From Chitinophaga pinensis (GTDB taxonomy: Bacteria; Bacteroidota; Bacteroidia; UBA7662; JAIXUI01), in the NCBI GenBank assembly GCA_943373175.1, contig CALSBM010000001.1, forward strand, positions 51,298 to 115,297: 64,000 bases of DNA. The letters are read 5' to 3'. This document shows positions 48,513-59,044 of the stretch, in pieces. The first letter of the stretch is position 1. The number at the start of each line of letters is the position of its first letter. The notes below the pieces were generated by a model that ran no database searches, was not told the origin of the DNA, and saw only the letters and a list, made by a program, of their open reading frames with translations. A program made the translations under genes and the position numbers.

Positions 48513-49268
48513 TTAATCTAAAGGTTGTTTTTGTAAAGTAAGCTCAAATGCTTTCATAACTTCCGATAGATGATCGGGGTTTTCTTCGAATGCGTGGCCG
48601 ATAACGGCAAGATCAGCACCAGCAAGAAAAGCCTCTTGGAGCTGTTTGGAAGTCCTAATCCCCCCCCCCACTATGAGCGGATTGGTTACAAGCCTTCTAA
48701 CCGCGGAAATGGTGGCAGGTTCTACAGGGTTTTGTGCACCGCTACCGGCATCCAGATAGGTGATTTTATGTCCAATTTGTAAACCTGCCAATGCAGTTAC
48801 TGCTGCAATGTCAGGCTTATTAGCAGGAATCGGGGTAGTGTTGCTGATATAAGAAACAGTTGTAGGCTTACCGCCGTCAACCAAAATATAGCTGGTGGAC
48901 AGAATTTCGAGTCCTGATCGCAGTAAGGCGGGGGCTGCTGCCACATGTGCGCTGATGAGAAACTCAGGATTTCTGCCAGAAATAAGATTAAGTAACAAAA
49001 TCGCGTCAGCAGCAGGGGTAATTTGATTGATGCTTCCCGGAAACAGAATAACGGGAATAGTAGAATGCTGCCTGATTATTTTAATGGCTTCCTCCGTTTG
49101 GTCAGAATGAAGTAAACTTCCTCCTACAAAAAAGAAATCAACGCCGTAGAAAACAGCCTTTTTGACCAAATCAGAAAGATGGTCTATCTTATCGGGGTCA
49201 ACGAGAATGGCAATTTGCTTCAATCCCCTAACTCTAGCCAACTCGAGATTTGCGTAAATTCCCGGCAT
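48513..49268 (-). CDS. PcrB/GGGP-synthase-family prenyl-glycerol-phosphate synthase homolog
   Basis: 251 aa TIM-barrel-type protein with the conserved phosphate-binding IVGGGIRT motif and an N-terminal ILVDPDK motif. Confidence 0.6.
   Translation of the reverse strand: MPGIYANLELARVRGLKQIAILVDPDKIDHLSDLVKKAVFYGVDFFFVGGSLLHSDQTEEAIKIIRQHSTIPVILFPGSINQITPAADAILLLNLISGRNPEFLISAHVAAAPALLRSGLEILSTSYILVDGGKPTTVSYISNTTPIPANKPDIAAVTALAGLQIGHKITYLDAGSGAQNPVEPATISAVRRLVTNPLIVGGGIRTSKQLQEAFLAGADLAVIGHAFEENPDHLSEVMKAFELTLQKQPLD
48660..48669. repeat. C10/G10 homopolymer inside a coding sequence
   Basis: Ten consecutive C on the plus strand, encoding the GGG of the IVGGGIRT motif in the 48513..49268 gene. 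Confidence 0.9.
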
Positions 49269-49312
49269 CGTTACAAAATAACACTATTCGCTTCGATTGA
49301 ACAAACACCCTT

Positions 49313-52276
49313 ATGAAACCAGCCTTTATTGTCCGCTCAATGCGATGGTTACTTTTAATGCTTGCTTTACCTTTTTGGGTTAGTAGTGCTGTGCCAAAAC
49401 ATCAGTTCGGCTCTTTACCTAAAACGTGGTTTTATCCCACAATTAACAGCCGGCAATCGCTTTGGCAGGGGCGTTGGAATGGCGTTCAGGTTCATATTAC
49501 CCGAGAAGATATCCGATTGTCCTGGCTGAATCCGAATGACGTAAAGAGGATGCATAATGCAGGGCCGATTGCAATGAGAGAGAAAAATTTTAAAGGGAGC
49601 GCCCTGTTTATCCGGTTTCCAGAATCTTTTCAACTATTCCCGGAACCTGCCGGAAAGCCTGGATTTGCTGTTAATTTCTATACAGAAAGAGGAACAGAAA
49701 ACGCTACAACAACCGATGCTTGGATAACCCGAAACCTTTGGCCTGGTGTAGATTTTCGGTTGGAGGCAAAGGGAGAAACCTTGAAATCTTCTTTTTTTCT
49801 TAACGCAGGGATTACTCCTGATCGAGTAAAGTGGAGGTATGAAGGAGCGAAAAGCGTAAGCATTGTTGAAGAAAAGGTTGTGATCTTAACCGAAGACGGA
49901 ATCTTAGAAGAACAAAGTCCGGTGGCATATCAGGTAATCAATGGAAAGAGGAAAGAAATACCGGCGGCATTTACACTTAATCAGGGCACAATCGGGTTTA
50001 AACTGCTTCAAGCATTTGATCCCACAGAGCCACTGGTTTTAGACCCTTCGTTAGTGTTTTCCTCCTACTCAGGTTCTTTATCCGATAACTGGGGCTTTAC
50101 TGCAACTCCCGGTCCTGATGGACGGCTTTTTTCTGGGGGAGTTTCCTTTGGCCCCGGTTTTCCGGTAACTCCTGGCGCGTTTCAGTCTAATTTTCAGGGC
50201 ATTCCATCCGGCGCTAGCAATTATGATGTAGCCATATTGGCATTTAACCCTCAAGGAGACAGCTTGTTGTGGGCTACTTATCTGGGGGGCACAAACATCG
50301 AAGCCCCTCATTCCATGATTGCCAGAGAAATGGACACCTCTCTGTATATTATGGGAACCACTTACAGTGCTAATTTCCCGAGGGGAAAGCATCCTTGGGA
50401 CTCTACTTTTAATGGAAATTGCGATTTGTTTATCGCACACTTCTCTTCGACAGGTCAATTAATAAACACCACATTTTTGGGAGGAAGTGCTAACGATGGA
50501 TTAAACGACTCTCCCACCCTTGGCCCGAATTACGGCGATTGGTACAGGGGAGAAATAGGCCTGGATCACGACGGAAGGGTTTTCGTGGGTTCCTGCTCAA
50601 AAAGCCCAGATTTCCCTACGTCCATAAACGCCTTTCAATCGGCTAAGAATGCAGCATTAGATGGAATCGTTGCCGTATTCAATCAGGAACTCAGTCAACT
50701 GGAAATGGCCACTTTCATAGGCGCAGAAGGAGAGGATGCTGTTTTCAGTATTAAACCGTTACCAGCACCATCTACTTCCTTAGTAGTTGGAATGGTAAGC
50801 ACCGGAAGTTTACCGATAGTAAGTCAATCTGCCATCACCCAGAAACCAGGAGGTGTAGATGGGTATGTAGCCATCTTAACCGGTAATGGAAAAACCCTTC
50901 GCTCGAGTTCGTGGTTTGGCAGCAGTTTGGAAGATTGGGTTTTTTTTGTTGAAACGAATCCCGAAGGAAATGTATATCTGAATGGTCAAACTAATGGTAA
51001 TGTACCTCGAGTTGGCAATTGCTATCATGTTCCCAACTCAGGGCAATTTATCGCTTGCTTCGATAGTTCATTGGCGGTTTTGAAATGGAGTGGAAACTAT
51101 GGCAGTGGTAGAGGGGTGGTTGACATGGTCCCCACAGCTTTTTTGGTCGATGATTGCGGAAAAGTTTATATCAGTGGCTCAACCGGAAAGATTTCTATTC
51201 CTCAAATAGAAGGCCCTCGTAACCTGCCGCTCACTGCCGACTCGCTGATGGGTTCTGCCAATGGATACGATTTTTACATGGCTTGTTGGAGTGCTGGCTT
51301 CGACAGCCTCTTGTTTGCGACGTATTATGGAGGGCCGATTAGCCAGGAACATGTGGATGGCGGAACCTCCCGGTTTGATAAGAAAGGCGTTATCTATCAA
51401 AGCGTTTGTGCCGGCTGTGGAGGACGAAGTGATTTTCCTGTTAGCAGCGGATCGGTAGTTAGCCCGGTAAACCGTGCACTAAACTGTAACAATGCGGTAA
51501 TCAAACTCGCCTTTCAAAAGTCAAACCCCATTATTGCCGATTTCTTTTTCCAAAATCAAGCACCGTTATGCCCTCCATTTTCTCCCGTAATGGTTAATCC
51601 TACGATTTCATTGCCGGGAACAAGCTGGCAATGGACTACTTCAGATGGGCAACAGTCAACGGATAGTTTGCCAAATTTTCTCTTCAGTCAACCCGGAAAT
51701 TACTCCATAAAACTAAGGGTAACGAACCTTCAGAATTGTAATCGTTCCGTTGAGGTTACAAGACAGTTGAAAATAAATGAAAACCCTCAGCAATTTCTGC
51801 CTTTTAAAGACACCTGTCTATGTAAAGGAGAGCCACTAATGCTTAGCGTTCCGGATCGATTTCCCTTTTTTAACTGGTCGGGAACAGCAAATGAACAGGT
51901 TCGTCAATTGTATGTGATTCAGGGGGGTACTTTTATTCTCTCGGTAACCGATAGCAACGGCTGTAAAGGTTCAGACAGCCTTTTGATACAGATGCTTCCA
52001 TGTTCTGGAGAAGGCTATAACGTGTTTACGCCTAATCAGGATGGGTTGAATGACGAGTTTCATCCTGTGCCTGATAATAAACAAGGGACATCTTGGGAAG
52101 TACTCAACCGCTGGGGGCAGCGTGTTTTTTCATCAACTGACACGCGGATTTTCTGGAACGGCAAGTTCGACAATGAAGGCCCCTTGTTGGAAGAATCGGT
52201 TTATTTCTATCGAGTTAGCACAAATCTTTGTGGAAAAATCAGAGAATGGAGAGGAAGGGTGATGTTGCTGAGGTGA
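49313..52276 (+). CDS. secreted beta-propeller (SBBP-repeat) surface protein with a PKD-like domain and a T9SS type-B C-terminal domain
   Basis: Signal peptide; repeated ...YLGG..D....A.D..GN.Y..G.T.S..FP beta-propeller blades; C-terminal YNVFTPNQDGLNDEFHP...VLNRWGQRVF...FWNGKFDNEG...YFYRV matches the gliding-motility-associated CTD; 987 aa. Confidence 0.75.
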   Translation: MKPAFIVRSMRWLLLMLALPFWVSSAVPKHQFGSLPKTWFYPTINSRQSLWQGRWNGVQVHITREDIRLSWLNPNDVKRMHNAGPIAMREKNFKGSALFIRFPESFQLFPEPAGKPGFAVNFYTERGTENATTTDAWITRNLWPGVDFRLEAKGETLKSSFFLNAGITPDRVKWRYEGAKSVSIVEEKVVILTEDGILEEQSPVAYQVINGKRKEIPAAFTLNQGTIGFKLLQAFDPTEPLVLDPSLVFSSYSGSLSDNWGFTATPGPDGRLFSGGVSFGPGFPVTPGAFQSNFQGIPSGASNYDVAILAFNPQGDSLLWATYLGGTNIEAPHSMIAREMDTSLYIMGTTYSANFPRGKHPWDSTFNGNCDLFIAHFSSTGQLINTTFLGGSANDGLNDSPTLGPNYGDWYRGEIGLDHDGRVFVGSCSKSPDFPTSINAFQSAKNAALDGIVAVFNQELSQLEMATFIGAEGEDAVFSIKPLPAPSTSLVVGMVSTGSLPIVSQSAITQKPGGVDGYVAILTGNGKTLRSSSWFGSSLEDWVFFVETNPEGNVYLNGQTNGNVPRVGNCYHVPNSGQFIACFDSSLAVLKWSGNYGSGRGVVDMVPTAFLVDDCGKVYISGSTGKISIPQIEGPRNLPLTADSLMGSANGYDFYMACWSAGFDSLLFATYYGGPISQEHVDGGTSRFDKKGVIYQSVCAGCGGRSDFPVSSGSVVSPVNRALNCNNAVIKLAFQKSNPIIADFFFQNQAPLCPPFSPVMVNPTISLPGTSWQWTTSDGQQSTDSLPNFLFSQPGNYSIKLRVTNLQNCNRSVEVTRQLKINENPQQFLPFKDTCLCKGEPLMLSVPDRFPFFNWSGTANEQVRQLYVIQGGTFILSVTDSNGCKGSDSLLIQMLPCSGEGYNVFTPNQDGLNDEFHPVPDNKQGTSWEVLNRWGQRVFSSTDTRIFWNGKFDNEGPLLEESVYFYRVSTNLCGKIREWRGRVMLLR

Positions 52277-52319
52277 GGATAACGCCATAAAGTGAGCAGA
52301 ACACGTTTACCTTTGCGAC

Positions 52320-52979
52320 ATGTTTATCCACCGAGAAGGTCATGTGATTCTGCTGATCGTGATAGTAGTTCTGGTTGTTTTAAACCTTGTTGTGCACCAT
52401 TTCTGGGGGCATAACAAAGGGTTGATGTATGTTTCCTATGGTTTATCGGCCATAATCTTTCTGATGTTCGCTCAATTTTTCAGAAATCCAACTCGCCAAA
52501 CTGAGGTGAACCAACACCATGTAATTGCGCCGGCAGATGGTAAAATTGTCATCATTGAAGAGGTTGAAGAACCGGAGTATTTCAAAGGAAGAAGGTTGCA
52601 GGTTTCCATCTTTATGTCTCCCATAAATGTTCACGTCAACCGTAATCCAGTATCAGGAATCGTAAGATACTTTAAATACCATCCGGGAGACTATCTCGTT
52701 GCCTGGCATCCCAAATCTTCAACCTTAAATGAGCGGACAACAGTTGTCGTTAGAAACGAAGCCGGTATAGAAGTACTGTTTCGCCAGATTGCCGGTGCTT
52801 TAGCAAGAAGGATATGTTGGTATGTGAAAGAAGGTGATTCGGTGAAACAAGGGGAAGAATTTGGCTTTATTAAGTTCGGTTCCCGAATTGATGTTTACCT
52901 GCCACCTGGAACTCCTGTGGATGTTTCAATTGGCCAAAAGGTTACAGGCGGAGAAACAGTACTTGCGCACTTTAACTAA
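52320..52979 (+). CDS. psd: phosphatidylserine decarboxylase family protein (short form)
   Basis: 219 aa, N-terminal membrane anchor, C-terminal FGSRIDVYLP self-cleavage/pyruvoyl region. Confidence 0.6.
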   Translation: MFIHREGHVILLIVIVVLVVLNLVVHHFWGHNKGLMYVSYGLSAIIFLMFAQFFRNPTRQTEVNQHHVIAPADGKIVIIEEVEEPEYFKGRRLQVSIFMSPINVHVNRNPVSGIVRYFKYHPGDYLVAWHPKSSTLNERTTVVVRNEAGIEVLFRQIAGALARRICWYVKEGDSVKQGEEFGFIKFGSRIDVYLPPGTPVDVSIGQKVTGGETVLAHFN

Positions 52980-54805
52980 TGAAGGTATTCTGGCGATTGC
53001 TTCAGTTTGCCAAGCCATTTGGACTTTTTTTACCCCAGTATGGCCTTCTGGCTACTCTTAGCGTTGCATTTGGCATTCTTAACTTTACCCTACTGGTTCC
53101 TCTTTTGGATGTATTGTTCAATACAGCAGAAGTTCCGGTATTGCCTGCAACTGCCCCGGCTTTATGGAGTGTAGAGGGCATCAAGGCGCTTTTTTATAAT
53201 TATTTTAACCAGATTCTCCTGAATAAGGGAAAGTTGGGTGCACTCCAATTTGTCTGCATTGTCATTATTGTATCAGTAATCCTTTCCAATACTTTTCGCT
53301 ATTTCTCGGTAACAGTGCTCAATTCCATGAGAACCAGAACAGTGCTCAACATGAGAAAAAGCCTGTATGAGAAAATTACCAGCCTTCACATCGGGTACTT
53401 TCACAATCGTCAGAAAGGCGACATTCTATCTCTTTTCTCAAGCGATGTATTAGAAATCGAAAACTCTATTGTTGGGTCACTAACAGTTTTACTGAAAGAA
53501 TTGGTGATGCTGATAGGCTACTTTGTTGTACTGTTTTTTATTTCGATTAAACTGACTTTGTTCACCTTGCTGGTTTTTCCACTTGCTGGCTTGATGGTTT
53601 CGCTTATCAATAAGCGAATAAAGCAGTATGCGGTTAACAGCCAAGAAGTACTGGGAAGTATTCTTACCACTATTGAAGAAACAGTATCCGGATTACGCAT
53701 TATCAAAGCATTTAATGCCGAGTCTTTTGTGAATAACCGTTTCGAAGGACAGAATAAGCACTATCGATTTTTGCTTAAAAAACTGTGGAATAGAAGGGAT
53801 TTGGCTTCGCCATTAAGTGAGATTCTTGGAGTTCTGATTGTAGTTTCTGTGTTGCTTTATGGAGGCACTTTGGTCATTGATTCCAATTCTGACCTTAAGC
53901 CTTCAGAGTTTATAACCTTTATCCTGATTTATACTCAGGTAATGGCGCCGATTAAAAGTCTGGCAGGAACTGCAACTACCATTCAAAGGGGCGTTGCATC
54001 TGGAGAGCGCATCTTCCAATTGTTGGATAGCTCCAACCCTATTTCAAAGAATGAAAATGCAGCACCATTTACGGAATTCAAACACGAAATAGAATTTAGA
54101 AATGTTAGCTTTTCTTATGGAGAAAGAAAGGTGCTCGAAAATGTCAGTTTTGTCTTGCCTAAGGGGAAAATGCTGGCATTGGTTGGTCCATCAGGAAGTG
54201 GAAAGTCAACGCTTGCAGACCTCCTTCCTCGTTTTATTGAAGTTCAGAGCGGCCAAATCTTGATTGATGGCCGCGATGTGAAGGCGATGCGCCTACGAGA
54301 CCTTCGTGCCTTGCTCGGAATAGTTACTCAAGAAAGCATCTTATTTAATGACACAATAGAATCAAACATTCGATTCAACACCACAGCAAGCATAGCGGAG
54401 GTTGAAGATGCCGCACGAATTGCCCATGCAACGGAATTTATTCAGAAACTTCCGGAGAAAATGGAAGCGATAATAGGTGACCGAGGGGGAAAATTAAGCG
54501 GTGGCCAAAGGCAGCGCCTCAATATCGCCCGTGCTGTTCTTCGAAATCCTCCCGTACTTATTCTGGATGAAGCCACTTCAGCATTAGATACCGAATCCGA
54601 GAAATTAGTTCAAGACGCCCTTACTAAGCTTATGAATCAACGCACCTCGTTAGTAATTGCACACCGGTTAAGCACAATACAACATGCAGACGAAATTTTG
54701 GTACTTCAAGAAGGTAAAATCGTAGAGCGTGGCCGCCACGAGGAGCTAAAGGCTGCAGGAGGGCTCTACTCCCGGATGATTAATATGCAAGGTTTCACGT
54801 CCTGA
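52979..54805 (+). CDS. ABC transporter permease/ATPase, MsbA-like lipid exporter
   Basis: Six TM helices followed by an NBD with Walker A GPSGSGKST, signature LSGGQRQR and Walker B ILDEATSALD; 608 aa; TAATG overlap with psd. Confidence 0.8.
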   Translation: MKVFWRLLQFAKPFGLFLPQYGLLATLSVAFGILNFTLLVPLLDVLFNTAEVPVLPATAPALWSVEGIKALFYNYFNQILLNKGKLGALQFVCIVIIVSVILSNTFRYFSVTVLNSMRTRTVLNMRKSLYEKITSLHIGYFHNRQKGDILSLFSSDVLEIENSIVGSLTVLLKELVMLIGYFVVLFFISIKLTLFTLLVFPLAGLMVSLINKRIKQYAVNSQEVLGSILTTIEETVSGLRIIKAFNAESFVNNRFEGQNKHYRFLLKKLWNRRDLASPLSEILGVLIVVSVLLYGGTLVIDSNSDLKPSEFITFILIYTQVMAPIKSLAGTATTIQRGVASGERIFQLLDSSNPISKNENAAPFTEFKHEIEFRNVSFSYGERKVLENVSFVLPKGKMLALVGPSGSGKSTLADLLPRFIEVQSGQILIDGRDVKAMRLRDLRALLGIVTQESILFNDTIESNIRFNTTASIAEVEDAARIAHATEFIQKLPEKMEAIIGDRGGKLSGGQRQRLNIARAVLRNPPVLILDEATSALDTESEKLVQDALTKLMNQRTSLVIAHRLSTIQHADEILVLQEGKIVERGRHEELKAAGGLYSRMINMQGFTS

Positions 54806-54807
54806 TA

Positions 54808-55788
54808 ATGCACATTGTATTAGTAGAGCGTAGCAAGCTGCCTGCCCTACACTATGGGGGAACAGAAAGAGTGGTTTGGTGGCTGGCTAAAGGACTTCAT
54901 TCTGCTGGTCATAAGGTTACGTTGGTAGCAGGAAAGGGATCGTATTGTCCGTATGCTAAAGTTCTGGAATGGGTTGACGATATAACCTTGCCGAAGCAAA
55001 TTCCCTCGGATGCCGATTTAGTCCATTTTCATTTTCCTTGGAAAGGAGAGCTTAAGAAGCCATATTTATTTACTGTGCACGGTAATGGACAACCCGGACA
55101 GCAATTTTCTATTAACAGCATTTTTGTTTCAGAAAATCATGCAGAAAGGCATGGTGCAACGGCCTTTGTTTATAATGGGTTAGACCCTGCTGATTATCCT
55201 GGTTTCCGGGATAGCAAGCCTGCTGGTTATATGCATTTTTTAGGGCATGCTGCTTGGAAAGTTAAAAACTTGAAAGGAGCTATTGAGGTCACTCGGCTTG
55301 CCAATCAATCGTTGAAGGTGGGCGGTGGCTATCGCTTAAATCTTAATATGGGTATTCGGTTTTATCCACATACTCATGTTCGTTTTTGGGGTATGGTTGG
55401 TGGTGAAAAAAAAGATCGATTATTGAGAAATTCTAGAGCACTAGTATTTCCAGTTCGCTGGCACGAACCTTTTGGATTGGCCATTACAGAAAGCATGCTT
55501 TATGGAAATCCGGTTTTTGGCACTCCTTATGGCTCATTGCCAGAACTGGTTAGCCGCGAAGCCGGTTACCTTTCGGATTCTGCTTCTGATCTTGCTTTAG
55601 CATTAAAAGAGTGGCCTGCTTTTTCTCGAACTAAAATCAAGGAATGGGTGCTTGAGAATGCAACTTATGAGTCCATGACCAATAAATACCTAAAGCATTA
55701 TACTACGGTACTTGAAGGGAAAATGCTCAATGCACGCTTGCCAGAAAAAGTGACTAACGAAGAAGGATTGCTTTTCTGGAAAAGCTAA
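54808..55788 (+). CDS. glycosyltransferase group 1 (GT4-like)
   Basis: 326 aa, GT-B C-terminal EPFGLAITESM E-x7-E-like motif; directly downstream of the msbA-like gene. Confidence 0.55.
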   Translation: MHIVLVERSKLPALHYGGTERVVWWLAKGLHSAGHKVTLVAGKGSYCPYAKVLEWVDDITLPKQIPSDADLVHFHFPWKGELKKPYLFTVHGNGQPGQQFSINSIFVSENHAERHGATAFVYNGLDPADYPGFRDSKPAGYMHFLGHAAWKVKNLKGAIEVTRLANQSLKVGGGYRLNLNMGIRFYPHTHVRFWGMVGGEKKDRLLRNSRALVFPVRWHEPFGLAITESMLYGNPVFGTPYGSLPELVSREAGYLSDSASDLALALKEWPAFSRTKIKEWVLENATYESMTNKYLKHYTTVLEGKMLNARLPEKVTNEEGLLFWKS

Positions 55789-56727
55789 TTAGTAGATTTC
55801 ATCAAAAATATCTTCCAAGGACTCAAAAAGCAGCTTGCAGAACATTGGGCTTTTATTGAGTAAACTGCTACTTCGAATTTTCAACTCAAATACGCGGTGA
55901 TAATAGCGTGCAACATGAGGGTCATTGGTTGAAAGCACGCCTAAACCCGGCATTGGCCAAAGTGTTTGGCCTCTATCCCCGTTTAACAGGCAGGCTACAG
56001 GGCGAGTAATGCCAAACTGCGTGAGATAAATTTGACTGCGTTGTTGTTGGCATGAAGCCACATCTTTTAACTTTTGAAGTACCTGCCAAGCCTGCTCCTT
56101 CATACGATTAGCTCCAACAGGGTCTCGACGTTGATGCCTGGATAATGCGGAGAGTATTAGCCTTAGTCCATCGATGCATTCACTTTTATCAATGATTAGA
56201 TGAGATTTTCCAGTTCCAAACCAAATGTTCATCGCATTTTTACCCATGGTTAGCCAGGATTCTGCTTGTGCAACCTCTTGCTGATGAAATCGTGAGCCGC
56301 CAGTCATTAAGTGATACCTAAAAGTGGCCAACTCTGGAAACTCGAAATAGAGCAAGTTGGGGATTCCAGTGGTTTCCATATACCCAGAGGGCATGGTGCT
56401 TTTTGACCAAAGACGAATACTTTCTTCCAGAATCTTCCAGTAACCTTCCAAGGATAGGGGAGTCTCACTTGAGTGGGCTGAAAGCCGAAAACGGGAATGA
56501 TGATGTCCGTCTGCCCCAGGGAGAATGAGCCGTTCTAATTGAAGGGCTTCCTCAAAAAAAAGCGTAACGTCTCCGCGAATTTTACGATAGGCAGTCTTTT
56601 CTGAAATATTTAACGTACTGGCAACTACAGGGGCAAGTCGTATTCTCGACCCCAGGTTGTCCTGGAGTCGCTGGAAAAAAAGCTCCTGTTCGCCAAAATC
56701 CGGACTGCTTTTGCCTCTCTCCCTCAT
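55789..56727 (-). CDS. hypothetical protein with possible N-terminal HTH
   Basis: 312 aa; LNISEKTAYRKIRG resembles a helix-turn-helix; no other motif recognised. Confidence 0.3.
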   Translation of the reverse strand: MRERGKSSPDFGEQELFFQRLQDNLGSRIRLAPVVASTLNISEKTAYRKIRGDVTLFFEEALQLERLILPGADGHHHSRFRLSAHSSETPLSLEGYWKILEESIRLWSKSTMPSGYMETTGIPNLLYFEFPELATFRYHLMTGGSRFHQQEVAQAESWLTMGKNAMNIWFGTGKSHLIIDKSECIDGLRLILSALSRHQRRDPVGANRMKEQAWQVLQKLKDVASCQQQRSQIYLTQFGITRPVACLLNGDRGQTLWPMPGLGVLSTNDPHVARYYHRVFELKIRSSSLLNKSPMFCKLLFESLEDIFDEIY

Positions 56728-56729
56728 AA

Positions 56730-57521
56730 TTAAGATTCCTTGATAGTTGTATTCGCTCCCTCCAATTGATTTAACTGGTACTTCTTTGGAGTCATACTAA
56801 ACTCTTCACGAAAACACTTGCCAAAATATGCCGGGTTAGAAAATCCAGCCAAAAAACTAACTTCCGACACATTATGCAAATTACTCTTCAAAAGCGAAGT
56901 GGCATAGAGTAAACGGTATCGACGCATATATGCAACGGGCGTTAAGCCGGTGAGTTTTTTCATCTTACGTTCAAACTGCGCGTGTGTTACACTCATGTGT
57001 TGAGCAAGCTCTTCGATTTTCAAATCAATGTTGCTCACATTTGCTAACAGGTAAGCGTCTAAGTTGTCTAACCAGGGATCCTTGAACGGGTTTTCTTTAT
57101 TAAAGCTATAGGAATCGCGGCTAACTAACTTGTTCACTAAGTTCCGACGTCCATCCAGAATGTTTCTAATCCGAGCTAAAAACTCGCGTGCTTTTATCGG
57201 TTTAGTGTAATAATGGTCGGCACCTGTTTCCCAACCTTTAATAATGTCGTTTTCTTCGTTTAGCGCGGTTAAAATTATTACCGGTATTGTAGCAGTTTTA
57301 CTATGGCTCTTGATTCTTCGAGCAACTTCGTAGCCATTCATCCTTGGCATCATCAGGTCAGTTACAATTAAATCCGGAAGGTTTAGAAATGCTTTTTCAA
57401 CGCCTTCTTCGCCGTCGCTTGCCTGAATAACCTGATAATCTTCGCGAAGTATATCAGCGAGTAATTCACGCAACTGGTTGTTGTCCTCTATGAGGAGGAT
57501 GCAATCTTTAGTTTTTTCCAT
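56730..57521 (-). CDS. two-component response regulator with AraC-type HTH output domain
   Basis: Receiver domain (LLIEDN...VTDLMMPRMNG) plus a C-terminal AraC-family HTH, 263 aa. Confidence 0.75.
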   Translation of the reverse strand: MEKTKDCILLIEDNNQLRELLADILREDYQVIQASDGEEGVEKAFLNLPDLIVTDLMMPRMNGYEVARRIKSHSKTATIPVIILTALNEENDIIKGWETGADHYYTKPIKAREFLARIRNILDGRRNLVNKLVSRDSYSFNKENPFKDPWLDNLDAYLLANVSNIDLKIEELAQHMSVTHAQFERKMKKLTGLTPVAYMRRYRLLYATSLLKSNLHNVSEVSFLAGFSNPAYFGKCFREEFSMTPKKYQLNQLEGANTTIKES

Positions 57522-59044
57522 TATTGAGCATTGTTTTTTAAAAGGGGAAAGTTTAAGTGAAAGGTTGTACCCAAATTGAGCTGGGATTCAAGGTCTATAT
57601 GGCCTTTCTGCATGTCCACGAACTCTTTAACGATGTTCAAGCCAAGGCCGGTTCCGGGAATCCCGCTGGTGTTATGTCCTCGGAAGAATTTATTGAAAAG
57701 CATAGGCTGGTCTTCCTGAGGAATGCCAATTCCACGATCCGCAACTTTAAGCTTAAGCGTTTTGCCATAATGCAGGGTTACCACCACATCGCCTTTTTCG
57801 GAGTACTTAAAAGCGTTAGAAACTAGGTTGAGCAGGATGTGTTCCATCAATCTTCTATCGCCATAAACAGCGCGTTCGCTACCGTTTACTTTAATCTGAA
57901 CTTCTCGGCCATCTTTTCTTTCTGTAAAATGTTGTTGGATAACCTGCTGAACAACTTGAACCATTAAAATTGGCTGAGGATGGAATGTGATTTTTTGAGC
58001 ATCAATTTTATCGGCGGTCAGGATGTTGCTGATAAGTTGTGTTAGACGGTCAATTTCAGATTCAATGATGCTTAAAGGACGCTGTAACGAGGCTATTACC
58101 TCTTCGCTTCCTTGCTTTTCGAGTCTCATTCGCATCAAATCCACACAATTCATTATAGTGGCAAGTGGTGTCCTAAACTCATGTGACGCTGTACTGACAA
58201 AGCGGGTCTTCATTTCATTTAACTGAATTTGCTTTTCTAAGGAATTACTTAAAGACTCCTCTGCCTGCTTCCTCACGGTAATATCAATGCCATACCCAAT
58301 GACCCGCTCCACTTCTCCCATGATATTCATTACGGGTCGAAAACGACGGATAACTGTTTTGGTACCCCCATCGCTTTGAGGAAAGGTTTCCTCAAACTCT
58401 ACCATTTGCTTTATTGCTACTGCTTCATTGAAATAAGCTCTTCTACTTTCGGCAAAAGCAAGGGGTTTGTTGAAATACGCACAGTATTCAAAATCGTCCC
58501 TGTTTTTTAGCCATTCTCTAACTGCCGCACTTGCAACCGCATGCTGATTCAGATATAAGTAGCGATGATTCGGGCTGAATATCGCAACGTCTGCAGGCAT
58601 GCTGTTAAGGATGCTTTCGTAAAAATCGCGTGTAGCAAAAATCTCCTTCTCTATTTCTTTGAACTTGTCGATGTTCTCAATAGTGCCAGATATCTTCAAA
58701 GACTGCCCTTCAACGTTAACAACTGTTGCATTCAAACGCACCCAAATGCTTGGCTGCATTTGATGGATAAGCCTGACCTCGATATTCAATTTCTCAGTAT
58801 CTCCAAAAATCAAATCCTCCAAACGAGTGCGAAACCGCTCTCGATCCAAATAGCTGACATAGCGTATAAGCCGTTCAAAGCGAACTTGCTCCGCACTTAT
58901 CCCCGTTAATGATTCCCAAGTGTTGTTGACGAACTGAATCACACCCCGCTCATCGAGTAGGAAAAGGCAAATGCCGGATTTGTTCACGAGTAGCTCGTAA
59001 ATACCGGGGTCGATGACCTTGGTGTTGATGGGTGCGCTGATCAT
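57521..59044 (-). CDS. PAS-domain sensor histidine kinase
   Basis: Two PAS-like regions, HisKA H-box SHEFRTPL, HATPase N/G boxes (LLNLVSNAFKYS, GTGLGLNIVK), 507 aa; start/stop overlap with the response regulator gene. Confidence 0.8.
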   Translation of the reverse strand: MISAPINTKVIDPGIYELLVNKSGICLFLLDERGVIQFVNNTWESLTGISAEQVRFERLIRYVSYLDRERFRTRLEDLIFGDTEKLNIEVRLIHQMQPSIWVRLNATVVNVEGQSLKISGTIENIDKFKEIEKEIFATRDFYESILNSMPADVAIFSPNHRYLYLNQHAVASAAVREWLKNRDDFEYCAYFNKPLAFAESRRAYFNEAVAIKQMVEFEETFPQSDGGTKTVIRRFRPVMNIMGEVERVIGYGIDITVRKQAEESLSNSLEKQIQLNEMKTRFVSTASHEFRTPLATIMNCVDLMRMRLEKQGSEEVIASLQRPLSIIESEIDRLTQLISNILTADKIDAQKITFHPQPILMVQVVQQVIQQHFTERKDGREVQIKVNGSERAVYGDRRLMEHILLNLVSNAFKYSEKGDVVVTLHYGKTLKLKVADRGIGIPQEDQPMLFNKFFRGHNTSGIPGTGLGLNIVKEFVDMQKGHIDLESQLNLGTTFHLNFPLLKNNAQ

